Of a stretch of 64,000 nucleotides of DNA, positions 9,389 through 18,222 are shown piece after piece. Both the position numbers and the translations under genes were made by a program. Each line of letters begins with the position of its first letter. Within the stretch, counting starts at the first letter, position 1. The notes under the pieces were generated by a model. That model saw only the letters and a program-made list of their open reading frames with translations. It had not been told where the DNA came from and searched no databases. Source of the DNA: Bdellovibrio sp. (GTDB taxonomy: Bacteria > Bdellovibrionota > Bdellovibrionia > Bdellovibrionales > Bdellovibrionaceae); the NCBI GenBank assembly GCA_036677065.1, contig JAKFBS010000004.1, positions 224,001-288,000 on the forward strand, given 5' to 3'.

Positions 9389-10312
9389 CTAATTGATTGG
9401 TAATCCGCCTGTGACGGGAATAACTGTTCCGGTAATATAACTTGAATCTGCATCTGATGCTAAGAACACATACAGCGGTGCAAGCTCTTCAGGTTGCGCC
9501 GGTCTTTCAATCGGCTGTTTTTTTCCGAAGGTTCGTATTTTTTCTTTTTTTGCACCTGCATCTGAAGGGTTAAGCGGCGTCCACACCGGGCCGGGTGCCA
9601 CCGCATTGACCCGAATACCTTTTTTTACTAATGATTGCGCTAAAGATTTTGTGAAAGTATTAATAGCCCCTTTGGTGGCGGCATAGTCTGGCAAATCATG
9701 AGGGCCCATTGCTGCAGTTTGTGAACTGGTAACGATAATAGATGATCCTTGTTTTAAATATTTAAGTGCAGCTTTTGCTAAATGAAAATAAGCGTAAATA
9801 TTTACTTTAAAAGTAAGATCCCATTCTTTAGTTGTGACTTCGTCTAAAGAATCTTTTCGCATTTGGTGGGCCGCATTGCTGACCAAAATATCTAAACCAC
9901 CTAATTCTTTGGCGGCCGTTGTTACAGCTTTTTTACAAAATGCTTCTCGGCTTAAATCGCCTTCAATTAAAACGCAGCGACGATTATAAAGTTCTACTAA
10001 GTGTTTTGTAAGCTCTGCGTCTTTACGTTCGCGGGCGGTATAAACGATAGCTACATCAGCACCTTCACGAGCATAAAGCACAGCTACGGCTCTGCCGATA
10101 CCGCTATCACCTCCGGTAATTAAGGCTTTTTTATTTTCAAGCTTGTTAGCCGAGCGATAAAGAGCGGCCTGCCACTGCGGTTGGTTTTTCATTTTATGTT
10201 CTAAGCCCGGAGATTTTTGTTTTGGTTCTCGAAATGGGGGTTGTGGACGGCTGAGCCTAGGTTGTTTTTTTAGCTGAGGTTTTGTTGATTTTTCTGAGTG
10301 TGCAGTGCGCAT
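9389..10312 (-). CDS. SDR-family oxidoreductase (general stress protein 39/YghA-like)
   Basis: TGGDSGIGRA, YAATKGAI and NAVAPGPVWTPL motifs with a Pro/Gln-rich N-terminal extension; start taken at MRTAHS. Confidence 0.9.
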   Translation of the reverse strand: MRTAHSEKSTKPQLKKQPRLSRPQPPFREPKQKSPGLEHKMKNQPQWQAALYRSANKLENKKALITGGDSGIGRAVAVLYAREGADVAIVYTARERKDAELTKHLVELYNRRCVLIEGDLSREAFCKKAVTTAAKELGGLDILVSNAAHQMRKDSLDEVTTKEWDLTFKVNIYAYFHLAKAALKYLKQGSSIIVTSSQTAAMGPHDLPDYAATKGAINTFTKSLAQSLVKKGIRVNAVAPGPVWTPLNPSDAGAKKEKIRTFGKKQPIERPAQPEELAPLYVFLASDADSSYITGTVIPVTGGLPIN

Positions 10313-10342
10313 AATATCTTCTTTCGTTAAACACAAAAGTTT

Positions 10343-10359
10343 TTGCAAAACTAAGACCC
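10343..10359 (-). promoter_or_regulatory. Putative sigma54 (-24/-12) promoter for the SDR gene
   Basis: Minus strand reads GGGTCTTAGTTTTGCAA (GG-N10-GC), nearly identical to the motif at 10786-10803. Confidence 0.5.
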
Positions 10360-10473
10360 GGTAAATAAGCGAGGCATTATAGTTCGATACTGTAGCAGGG
10401 CAGTGTGGCAAAAAAGTTTGGAATAAAAGTTGAACCTAATTTCACAAATAGTTCTCAACAAAAAGGAGACGTT

Positions 10474-10665
10474 ATGAAAAACGATAAAAATGAAGCTCCG
10501 CTTTCAAAAAAAGTTGGTGATAAACTAGAACGTGTAGGTCAAAAAATTTCAAATTCTGGCGCTGAAAAAATCGGTTCTTTTATCTCTAGAATGGGTGATA
10601 AGTTAGAACATTCTGGCGAGGATAAACCAGATACTGAAGACACTTTTAGAAAAACAAATAAATAG
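10474..10665 (+). CDS. Small hydrophilic protein with two GDKLE repeats (CsbD/LEA-like, tentative)
   Basis: AAAGGAG RBS before ATG 10474; followed by a terminator. Confidence 0.7.
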   Translation: MKNDKNEAPLSKKVGDKLERVGQKISNSGAEKIGSFISRMGDKLEHSGEDKPDTEDTFRKTNK

Positions 10666-10688
10666 TTAATCGGAAAAAATCTAATTTT

Positions 10689-10727
10689 AAAAAAGGCCGA
10701 CGTTTCATGAAGACGTCGGCCTTTTTT
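10689..10727. terminator. Rho-independent terminator
   Basis: AAAAAAGGCCGACGT-loop-ACGTCGGCCTTTTTT. Confidence 0.85.
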
Positions 10728-10785
10728 GTACCAAATTGTCTTATATAGGGCAGATCGTTGAGGCATTTTTTTATATATACAAAAA

Positions 10786-10803
10786 TTGGTCTTAGAGTTG
10801 CAA
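10786..10803 (+). promoter_or_regulatory. Putative sigma54 (-24/-12) promoter
   Basis: TTGGTCTTAGAGTTGCAA (GG-N10-GC with TTGCA), upstream of ATG 10879. Confidence 0.5.
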
Positions 10804-10878
10804 CGTACGAAAAAAAAGATTTGATTCAGAAAAGTTTTTTGCGAATTAAAGCTAATAAAATAAATATAAGGAGTAATC

Positions 10879-11616
10879 ATGCAACAAACAAAAAGTGCCT
10901 CATCAAAAAGAGGAGCTCACCCTACAACTAAACGTGCAACAGCAAAGCGCTCATCAACAGCTTCATCAGGAAGGTCACGTTCTAACTTAAGAGAAGAAGA
11001 TCAATATGAAAGATCAATGGGAACACGTGGTGAACGTGAAGGCTACGGACGCGATTCAGGCATCCGCGAATCAGGATTCGGTCGGGGCGACAGAACTGGT
11101 GACTATGGGCGCGAAGGCGTGCGCACAATCTCAGGCCGTTATTCTGATTTCGAAGACTACGGTGGAAGTTCCCGCAGCTGGCAAGATCGCGATGAGAGTG
11201 ACAGAGGATTTGCGCGCGGTGGTCGTCGCGGAGAGTACTCTTCATCTAATGACCAAGATTTTTACGAAGGAAGTTCAGGACGCAGTCCATGGCGCGGAAC
11301 CTACGATACAGACAGAAATGATACTTATCGTGGTTCTTCGCGCAGTCAGAATTATGGCGGGCAAGGCCGAGGATATTCTGAACATGAGTATGATGACGAC
11401 AGCCGAATGAATCCACGCGGTAGCCGCTACGGCAGTTATCGTGGATACAATGAAGGGGCAGATTACTCTGATCGCGACCGTAACAGTGAGCGTGAAAGCC
11501 TTTACGGCTCTAGTCGCGACCGTGATGAAAGAGGGATGAATAATTATGATAACCAAGATGAATCTGTTGAAGATGAATACGGTTATCGTCAACGTTACAA
11601 CGAAAACCGCTATTAA
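10879..11616 (+). CDS. Low-complexity Arg/Gly/Ser/Tyr/Asp-rich, probably disordered protein
   Basis: AAGGAG RBS; almost no aliphatic residues; basic N-terminus followed by RG/YG/SR-rich repeats. Confidence 0.8.
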   Translation: MQQTKSASSKRGAHPTTKRATAKRSSTASSGRSRSNLREEDQYERSMGTRGEREGYGRDSGIRESGFGRGDRTGDYGREGVRTISGRYSDFEDYGGSSRSWQDRDESDRGFARGGRRGEYSSSNDQDFYEGSSGRSPWRGTYDTDRNDTYRGSSRSQNYGGQGRGYSEHEYDDDSRMNPRGSRYGSYRGYNEGADYSDRDRNSERESLYGSSRDRDERGMNNYDNQDESVEDEYGYRQRYNENRY

Positions 11617-11639
11617 ATAGCACAACAAAGGAGAACACT

Positions 11640-11792
11640 ATGAAAAAATCAACAGCCTCAAATCGCACGAGCAGAACTGCATCGAACTCTAGCTCGGGTT
11701 CTAGTTCACGCAGAACTGGCTCGCAATCCGGAAGTAACTCTGGAAGCAGTTCAGGCCGCGGCTCTTCAAACAGCTCACGCCAAGAACGCTAG
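11640..11792 (+). CDS. 50-aa Ser/Arg/Gly-rich small protein (below the ORF-track cut-off)
   Basis: AAAGGAG RBS; MKKSTASNRTSRTASNSSSGSSSRRTGSQSGSNSGSSSGRGSSNSSRQER*; directly followed by a terminator. Confidence 0.75.
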   Translation: MKKSTASNRTSRTASNSSSGSSSRRTGSQSGSNSGSSSGRGSSNSSRQER

Positions 11793-11814
11793 TTTTTTTT
11801 ACTATCGCAAATTT

Positions 11815-11848
11815 AAAGCCACTTGCCTTCGGGTAGGTGGCTTTTTTT
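11815..11848 (+). terminator. Rho-independent terminator with cUUCGg loop
   Basis: AAAGCCACTTGCC-TTCG-GGTAGGTGGC-TTTTTTT. Confidence 0.85.
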
Positions 11849-11961
11849 ATTTCCTATGCTAAAGCCGCGTAATTGCAGATGTTAGTCTGTATTTATGTCT
11901 CACACTGTTAAGTACTTCATCTTATTCAACGATAAAGTATTTACCAACATGTGAGGTCATT

Positions 11962-12807
11962 GTGAAAAAGCTAACCACTTTAGTTCTGTTCTCGTTATTT
12001 TCGTTAAATGCTCAGGCCATTGATATGACAAAAATTCAGGTTCAATTAGGACAACTGGATTTTCAAAATAACAAAGGCACTGGTGTTTTAAATAATCTAT
12101 TACTTGAAACTGATGGTAGCCTTTCGCAAAGTGCAGACTCTTCAGCAGCTGCAGTGGCCACAAAAATAGAACTTTCACGCCAAGGTAAAACTGTAAAAGT
12201 AAATACCGGTGCCATGAATATCGTCGTGAAAAATGCCAACGACATGCTGACTAAGGTTCAAGAAATGCAAATTTCTAAATTAAGTGTGGCGATGGGATCA
12301 AGCCAGCATCAATTCAGCGTAGGTTCGGCGCACTTAAGTCATGAGTCGACGGGTGAAATTATGGCCGAAGATTTAAATGTAGTCTGTACGCACAAAAGCA
12401 CTGGCGCCTTAGATTTTTCAAAAGTTGTCGATCAGTGTTTAGCAAAATCTTCGATGCGCGCCGAGCGTTTAGAAGTTCCTGATATGAACAGTTTTTTTGA
12501 AGAATCATTGTTAGGTGTGCCACTACAGCCTGAAAGTGATGTTTTACAAACTGTCAAAGATCTTGAAATGGAAATCACTAAAGGTGATTTTGAAATGAGT
12601 CTAAAAATCAAAGGTATTCCGTTAGTGCGTTTAAAATCACTCGGCAATATTAAAGCTGACATGGTAAAAAAGCGCGCAACGATTCGTGTAGACAAAGTGA
12701 AGCTGGGTTTTATTGGTGTGACTGATATCGTTATGAATCAACTAAAGAAAAAACTCCCGCCAGAAAATTTTCGTGTAGAGTCTCCGTATATTTTTGTGAC
12801 GTGGTAA
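11962..12807 (+). CDS. Secreted hypothetical protein
   Basis: GTG start, signal peptide ending AQA, 281-aa beta-rich ORF. Confidence 0.7.
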   Translation: MKKLTTLVLFSLFSLNAQAIDMTKIQVQLGQLDFQNNKGTGVLNNLLLETDGSLSQSADSSAAAVATKIELSRQGKTVKVNTGAMNIVVKNANDMLTKVQEMQISKLSVAMGSSQHQFSVGSAHLSHESTGEIMAEDLNVVCTHKSTGALDFSKVVDQCLAKSSMRAERLEVPDMNSFFEESLLGVPLQPESDVLQTVKDLEMEITKGDFEMSLKIKGIPLVRLKSLGNIKADMVKKRATIRVDKVKLGFIGVTDIVMNQLKKKLPPENFRVESPYIFVTW

Positions 12808-12902
12808 TCAGATATTTGTAAGCCCTTAGTCCAGATCTGCTGGACTAAGCTTAAGTCGTGATATTAGAGCTCCGATCCTAGACTTATCTAGGAGAACACC
12901 AC

Positions 12903-13442
12903 ATGACGAATCTTAATATAAAGCTCAACCTTACGACATTCTTTTTCGCTTTAGCCTTAGCTCTGCAATTTTCAGCTGCGACGGCAGAAGCAAAAACAGT
13001 AGAAGATATTCCCAATTTATTTAAAATGAACGACAACTTATACCGCGGTGGCCGCGTAACAGATGCGGGCATGAAGCAACTAAAAAAAATGGGCGTGACG
13101 ACAATTCTTAATGTCGAAAATGATGAAGAAGCTGTAGCCATTGATAAAAAGTTCGCAGCTAAATATGGCTTACGTTATATTTCAGTGCCATTCGAGACTT
13201 TTAAAAAACCAAGTGATGCTAAAGTTGATCATGTGTTAAAGCTATTACAAGATCGCAGTCTTGGGCCAATCTACTTACATTGCAAACATGGCCGCGACCG
13301 CACGGGAATGCTTATGGGTTTATACCGTGTTGAAGCTGAGGGCTGGCACCCAAAAGCGGCTTACAAAGAAATGAAAGACCGCGGTTTCAGAACCCTTATC
13401 TGGACATTAAACAGTTATTATAAAAACAGATCTGGTTACTAA
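12903..13442 (+). CDS. Secreted tyrosine/dual-specificity phosphatase-family protein
   Basis: CX5R motif HCKHGRDRTG; NLFKM...LYRGG; signal peptide; AGGAG RBS. Confidence 0.88.
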   Translation: MTNLNIKLNLTTFFFALALALQFSAATAEAKTVEDIPNLFKMNDNLYRGGRVTDAGMKQLKKMGVTTILNVENDEEAVAIDKKFAAKYGLRYISVPFETFKKPSDAKVDHVLKLLQDRSLGPIYLHCKHGRDRTGMLMGLYRVEAEGWHPKAAYKEMKDRGFRTLIWTLNSYYKNRSGY

Positions 13443-13447
13443 GTTTT

Positions 13448-15382
13448 TTAGTGTAACGTTCTTACGCTGTGCTGGTAGATATAATGAACGGTCGAAACAA
13501 GCTGACGAAAATTTAATGGTTTAGTGATGTGAGCATCACAACCAGCGGCCTTAGTTTTTACCCGTTCCTCTAGCATGGCGTGTGCCGTAAGTGCGATAAT
13601 CGGTTTACTAAAATTTTCAGAGCGCAACGTGCGCGTGACTTCATAGCCATCAAGTTCAGGCATTTGAATATCCATCAAGACAATATCAAATTCATTTTTG
13701 CGGGCTAATTTTAAAGCTTCAGCTCCATCACTGGCGACCGTAACTTCAGCCCCATGATTAGCGAGCACATACTTAATCAGCTCTTGGCTATCCGGTGAAT
13801 CTTCAGCCAACAATATACGAACATGATTTAAATTAATTGTTACGGGAGGATGAGTGTTTTCTGGAATCTGGCAGCGGTTTTCTTCAGTGGTGACAAGGGC
13901 TGTGAATTCAAATGAGAATGTTGATCCTTCACCTAAACCAGTTTTAACGATTTGAATATCACCGCCCAGGGCCTGAGCTAAGCGTTTTGATAATGTTAAA
14001 CCAAGGCCCGTACCGCCGTATTTTCGGGTGGTGCTATTATCTGCCTGAGTGAACGGGCGAAACAAGCGTTCGGCCTGCTCAGATGTTAGCCCGATACCTG
14101 TATCGCAAATGTTAATTTTAAATTTACACTGATCGCCGATTAACATTTCGCTGTGAATATCAATGGTTACGCCACCATCTTTTGTGAATTTAACGGCATT
14201 GCCGATCAAATTAATTAAAATTTGGCGCACGCGGGTAGGATCAGATTTAATTCTGATCGGCACCCGACTGCCTAAATTTAAATTCAGAAAAATATTTTTA
14301 CTTTTAGCTTTTTCGCGAAACATAGCCAGAACTTCAAAAAGCAAATGATCAAAGGCTGTTTCTATATTTTCGACTTCTAAATGACCAGATTCAACTTTAG
14401 ATAAATCTAAGATGTCATCGATAATGCGCGAAAGACTACATCCATTTTTAATAATCATTTCTAAAAAGCGGTCTTTATCTGTTTCAGTTAAAGTCTTTTC
14501 TTTTAGAACTTCGGCAAAACCCATGATTGATGCCAATGGTGTGCGAATCTCGTGCGACATGTTCGCTAAAAACGTGGTTTTTAAGTTATTCGCGCGTTCA
14601 GATTCATCTTTGGCGCGGATTAGTTCTGATTGAGCTAATTTTTCTGTCGTGATATCGCGGTAAAAAATAGCCAGGCCGCCATCAGCCTTCGGGTAGACAT
14701 TCATTGCGGCCCATAGTTGTAATGGCGCATAGAATTCTTCAAACTTTACGCTCACTCGTTCTTTCATTACGCGCAAATAAGTTTCTACAAAAAGCGAACT
14801 TTGAAAAATGGGTGCTGGAAAAAATAATTCTAAAAAATTCTGGCCGATTTGTTTATGTCTTTTAATACGGGCAATGCGTTCATGGTAGGAATTTAATTGG
14901 GTGATTTTCCAGTCTTTATCGATGGCAATAAAACCCTCTTCAACATTTTCAATAATATCCACGATTTCATGTTGAGTTTGTTTGGTGTCATCAATATCGG
15001 TACAGGTGCCGATCCATGAAATGATTTTACCTTCGTTATTAAAATTTGGAACTGCACGAGTTAGAAACCAACGGTAGACCCCATCAAAACGACGAAGCTG
15101 ATAAACGACTTCGTAGGTCTTTCCCGCGGCTATGGCGGCATTCCAGATATCTAAAGTCATATTCAAATTATCAGGGTGGTGGGCTTGGCGCCAGCCATCG
15201 TGAAGCGATTGTTCTGCCGTTAAGCCTGTGAAGTCGTACCACTGTTGGTTAAACCATAACAGATCACCTTGGGAATCAGTTATCCATCCCAATTGCGGAG
15301 CTGTATTAGCAAGGGCTTTATAATGCTCTTGCGTAGTCGTGGTGTTCACCATCTGTTTCACAAAACCTCGTTTAGTCTTCAT
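13448..15382 (-). CDS. PAS-PAS hybrid sensor histidine kinase/response regulator
   Basis: H-box FLANMSHEIRTPL, N-box NLIGNAVKFT, DTGIG, GGTGLGL and C-terminal receiver LMDIQMP. Confidence 0.95.
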   Translation of the reverse strand: MKTKRGFVKQMVNTTTTQEHYKALANTAPQLGWITDSQGDLLWFNQQWYDFTGLTAEQSLHDGWRQAHHPDNLNMTLDIWNAAIAAGKTYEVVYQLRRFDGVYRWFLTRAVPNFNNEGKIISWIGTCTDIDDTKQTQHEIVDIIENVEEGFIAIDKDWKITQLNSYHERIARIKRHKQIGQNFLELFFPAPIFQSSLFVETYLRVMKERVSVKFEEFYAPLQLWAAMNVYPKADGGLAIFYRDITTEKLAQSELIRAKDESERANNLKTTFLANMSHEIRTPLASIMGFAEVLKEKTLTETDKDRFLEMIIKNGCSLSRIIDDILDLSKVESGHLEVENIETAFDHLLFEVLAMFREKAKSKNIFLNLNLGSRVPIRIKSDPTRVRQILINLIGNAVKFTKDGGVTIDIHSEMLIGDQCKFKINICDTGIGLTSEQAERLFRPFTQADNSTTRKYGGTGLGLTLSKRLAQALGGDIQIVKTGLGEGSTFSFEFTALVTTEENRCQIPENTHPPVTINLNHVRILLAEDSPDSQELIKYVLANHGAEVTVASDGAEALKLARKNEFDIVLMDIQMPELDGYEVTRTLRSENFSKPIIALTAHAMLEERVKTKAAGCDAHITKPLNFRQLVSTVHYIYQHSVRTLH

Positions 15383-15525
15383 GAGATACGCCTCTCGTGA
15401 TTGATTGTCTATAGGTTGTATAAATATTTTTTTATCGAGTTAAAGAGCTGTCAAAGATTTGTAAAAAAAATCCGGAATGGCCTTTGCAAAAAGCAGATTT
15501 AAAAACAATAATAGCGAAAGAATTT

Positions 15526-17034
15526 ATGTTAGAAAAACACCTTGCACAATATTTTAACCTGTTAAATTTCAGACGAGGACAGCTCGAAATTATCTCTGCT
15601 GTTTTGGCTAAAAAAGATGCCTTGGCGGTTTTACCCACAGGCGGCGGTAAATCTTTGTGCTATCAATTTCCTGCAACCTATCAGCAAAAGCTAGTTGTTG
15701 TGATTTCGCCACTGATTGCCTTGATGAAAGATCAGGTCATGTCTTTACAAAATCGGGGTGTTAAAGCCGGATGTTTATATTCGGGACAGACGGAATCCGA
15801 AAAACGACTAATTTTTTCACAGATCAACGAGGGTGGCTGTTACGTTCTGTATTTATCGCCTGAACGCGTGCAAAAACCAGGGTTTCAAGAGTGGATTAAA
15901 AATCGCGACATCGCTTTGTTTGCTATTGATGAGGCACACTGTGTGTCACAGTGGGGACACGATTTTCGTGAAGAGTATGCCGAATTAAAAATTTTAAAAA
16001 AACTTCGTCCTGATGTTCCGATATTAGCTTTAACGGCGTCGGCAACACCCACGGTATTAGATGATATCGCTAAAAATTTAGACTTAAAAAATCCAGAACG
16101 TATGGTGCATGGGTTTTACCGGCCAAACCTTTATTATCAAGTGGCCGCGTGCACGGATGATAAAGAAAAATCGCAAATGCTTTTACAAGGTATTAAGCAA
16201 CATCCAACAGGACGGGTGATCGTTTATTGTGGCACCCGTAAGATCACCGAAGAGCTTGCTGCTTTTTTGCAAGAACGCATGGAAAAAGTTGGATTTTATC
16301 ACGCCGGTTTAAGCCAAAACGAACGCACACAAATGCAAACTGATTATGCCTCTGGAAAATTACGCATTCTTGTGGCTACGAATGCTTTTGGTATGGGGAT
16401 CGATCAGCCTGATGTAAGACTTGTCGTACATTTTCAAATGCCAGCCAATATTGATTCACTTTATCAAGAAATGGGCAGAGCTGGTCGTGATGAGCAGCCA
16501 TCAACGTGTTTGTTATTGTACGCCAAAAAAGACAAAGGGTTACAGTCATTTTTTATTACCAGCTCTCAGGCGACAAAACCGATTAAAGATTTACGCTGGC
16601 GAAATTTGAATGCGTTAGTCAGTTATTGTGAAGTGGCTGAATGCCGTCACGCAGAAATTTTAACGTATTATAAAGATTCAACCCGGTTAAAAGCCTGCGG
16701 CCACTGCGATGCCTGTGACCCAAAATCTGCGCGTCTGATTCAAAAACCAGAGGTTGTTACCGTTCTAAAAAAATCTTCATCTAAAAAAATCTCAGCAAAT
16801 TCGAATTTATCTGCGATCGAAGATGCACGTTTTCAAATTTTGCGAAAATGGAGAAAAGCAAAAGCTGAAGAATTAGATATTCCGGCCTTTGTGGTATTCG
16901 GTGATAAAACTCTTATCGATATCGCACAAAAAAATCCACAGAGCTTAGATGAACTTAAAAATATTTACGGCATTGGCGAAGCCAAGTTAGAAAAATTTGG
17001 CTGGGATTTATTAGCACAGTTAGGTGACAGCTAA
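15526..17034 (+). CDS. recQ: RecQ-family DNA helicase with HRDC domain
   Basis: PTGGGKSLCYQ, DEAHCVSQWGHDFR, QEMGRAGRD, Zn site CGHCDAC and C-terminal HRDC (WRK...PAFVVFGDKTL). Confidence 0.93.
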   Translation: MLEKHLAQYFNLLNFRRGQLEIISAVLAKKDALAVLPTGGGKSLCYQFPATYQQKLVVVISPLIALMKDQVMSLQNRGVKAGCLYSGQTESEKRLIFSQINEGGCYVLYLSPERVQKPGFQEWIKNRDIALFAIDEAHCVSQWGHDFREEYAELKILKKLRPDVPILALTASATPTVLDDIAKNLDLKNPERMVHGFYRPNLYYQVAACTDDKEKSQMLLQGIKQHPTGRVIVYCGTRKITEELAAFLQERMEKVGFYHAGLSQNERTQMQTDYASGKLRILVATNAFGMGIDQPDVRLVVHFQMPANIDSLYQEMGRAGRDEQPSTCLLLYAKKDKGLQSFFITSSQATKPIKDLRWRNLNALVSYCEVAECRHAEILTYYKDSTRLKACGHCDACDPKSARLIQKPEVVTVLKKSSSKKISANSNLSAIEDARFQILRKWRKAKAEELDIPAFVVFGDKTLIDIAQKNPQSLDELKNIYGIGEAKLEKFGWDLLAQLGDS

Positions 17035-17144
17035 GCCAGAAGTAGTTTGAATTACACCTACCTCGGACCAGATTCTCTAGAACTTTGGTCCTAAATTCGC
17101 GTTCTAAATTATGCTTAATTTATAAACATGTCGATAATAGAGGT

Positions 17145-17798
17145 ATGAAGACAAGATTACTACTATTAGCATCGTTTATCGTTTTATCTTTTAGTTCACA
17201 TCAGGCACTGGCAATGGGGCGCGGCAAACCAGTTGAGCCGACACCAACACCATCTTCTAAATACCAAGAAGGTGACATCATTTTTATTCAAAGCCAAACC
17301 CAACAAGCAGCAGCTCTTCGTGAATCGACAGAGTCAGTTTGGACACACGTTGGTTTAATGATTAAAAAAAGTTCTAAATGGTATGTGGCTGAAGCCGTCG
17401 GGCCTTTAAAAGAAACTCCTTTAGCAGATTTTATTGCGCGTTCAAAAAATAAATCATATCGCATCTATCGTTATAAACATTTCGATGCAGCAACGATGAC
17501 GAGTGCCTTAAAAGCAGCGTTACCAAAATATAATAAACCTTATGATATCTATTTTGAATGGTCACAAGAGCGCATCTATTGTTCTGAATTAACTTATCAT
17601 GTGATGAAAGATGTAACCGGTTTTGAATTAGGCCGTTTGCAAAAAATGAAAGAGATGCGACTTGATGGTCCATACACACAAGCCTTAATTAAAAAACGTT
17701 ACACAGATACCGGTAAGGAGTTCGATCCAGAAGAACTAATTATTACTCCGGTGAGTCAAGTTGAAGATGAAGACGTGACGCTGATCGAAGCAAAATAG
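17145..17798 (+). CDS. Secreted permuted papain-like amidase (YiiX/YebB, NlpC/P60)
   Basis: GDIIF, WTHVG and PYD...YCSEL (His before Cys, permuted order); signal peptide. Confidence 0.88.
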   Translation: MKTRLLLLASFIVLSFSSHQALAMGRGKPVEPTPTPSSKYQEGDIIFIQSQTQQAAALRESTESVWTHVGLMIKKSSKWYVAEAVGPLKETPLADFIARSKNKSYRIYRYKHFDAATMTSALKAALPKYNKPYDIYFEWSQERIYCSELTYHVMKDVTGFELGRLQKMKEMRLDGPYTQALIKKRYTDTGKEFDPEELIITPVSQVEDEDVTLIEAK

Positions 17799-17863
17799 TT
17801 TTTTTCCAAAAAATCGTTAAAAAGTTAAATGCTTATTTGAAATAAAAATGTTAGTGTTTTTGC

Positions 17864-18214
17864 ATGCAAACAAGTTGTCCAAAATGCCAATCTGAAAATA
17901 TTTATCAAGACGGTAACCTATGGGTTTGCCCTGAATGTGCCAATGAGTGGGTTGAAAAAGCCCAGGCCGCTGCTGAAGAGGCCGCAGTTGATGATGGTCT
18001 CATCCGTGATGCTAACGGCAATGTCTTAGCTGATGGTGATTCTGTGATCGTTATGAAAGATTTAAAGATCAAGGGTTCATCAAGTGTTGTTAAGGGCGGA
18101 ACGAAAGTCAGAAACATTCGTTTAACTGATATGGGTGATGGCCACGACATCGCTTGTAAAATCGATGGCCTTGGCGCGATTAATTTAAAATCTTCGTTCG
18201 TTAAAAAAGCTTAA
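17864..18214 (+). CDS. phnA: PhnA/YjdM zinc-ribbon protein
   Basis: CPKC...CPECANEW and [13 protein letters not shown]...[11 protein letters not shown]. Confidence 0.9.
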   Translation: MQTSCPKCQSENIYQDGNLWVCPECANEWVEKAQAAAEEAAVDDGLIRDANGNVLADGDSVIVMKDLKIKGSSSVVKGGTKVRNIRLTDMGDGHDIACKIDGLGAINLKSSFVKKA

Positions 18215-18222
18215 ACGTAAAA

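Noticed and set aside
10982..11628. Three alternative ORFs overlapping the RG-rich gene
   Set aside because: By-products of low-complexity sequence; only the 10879 frame has a clear RBS.
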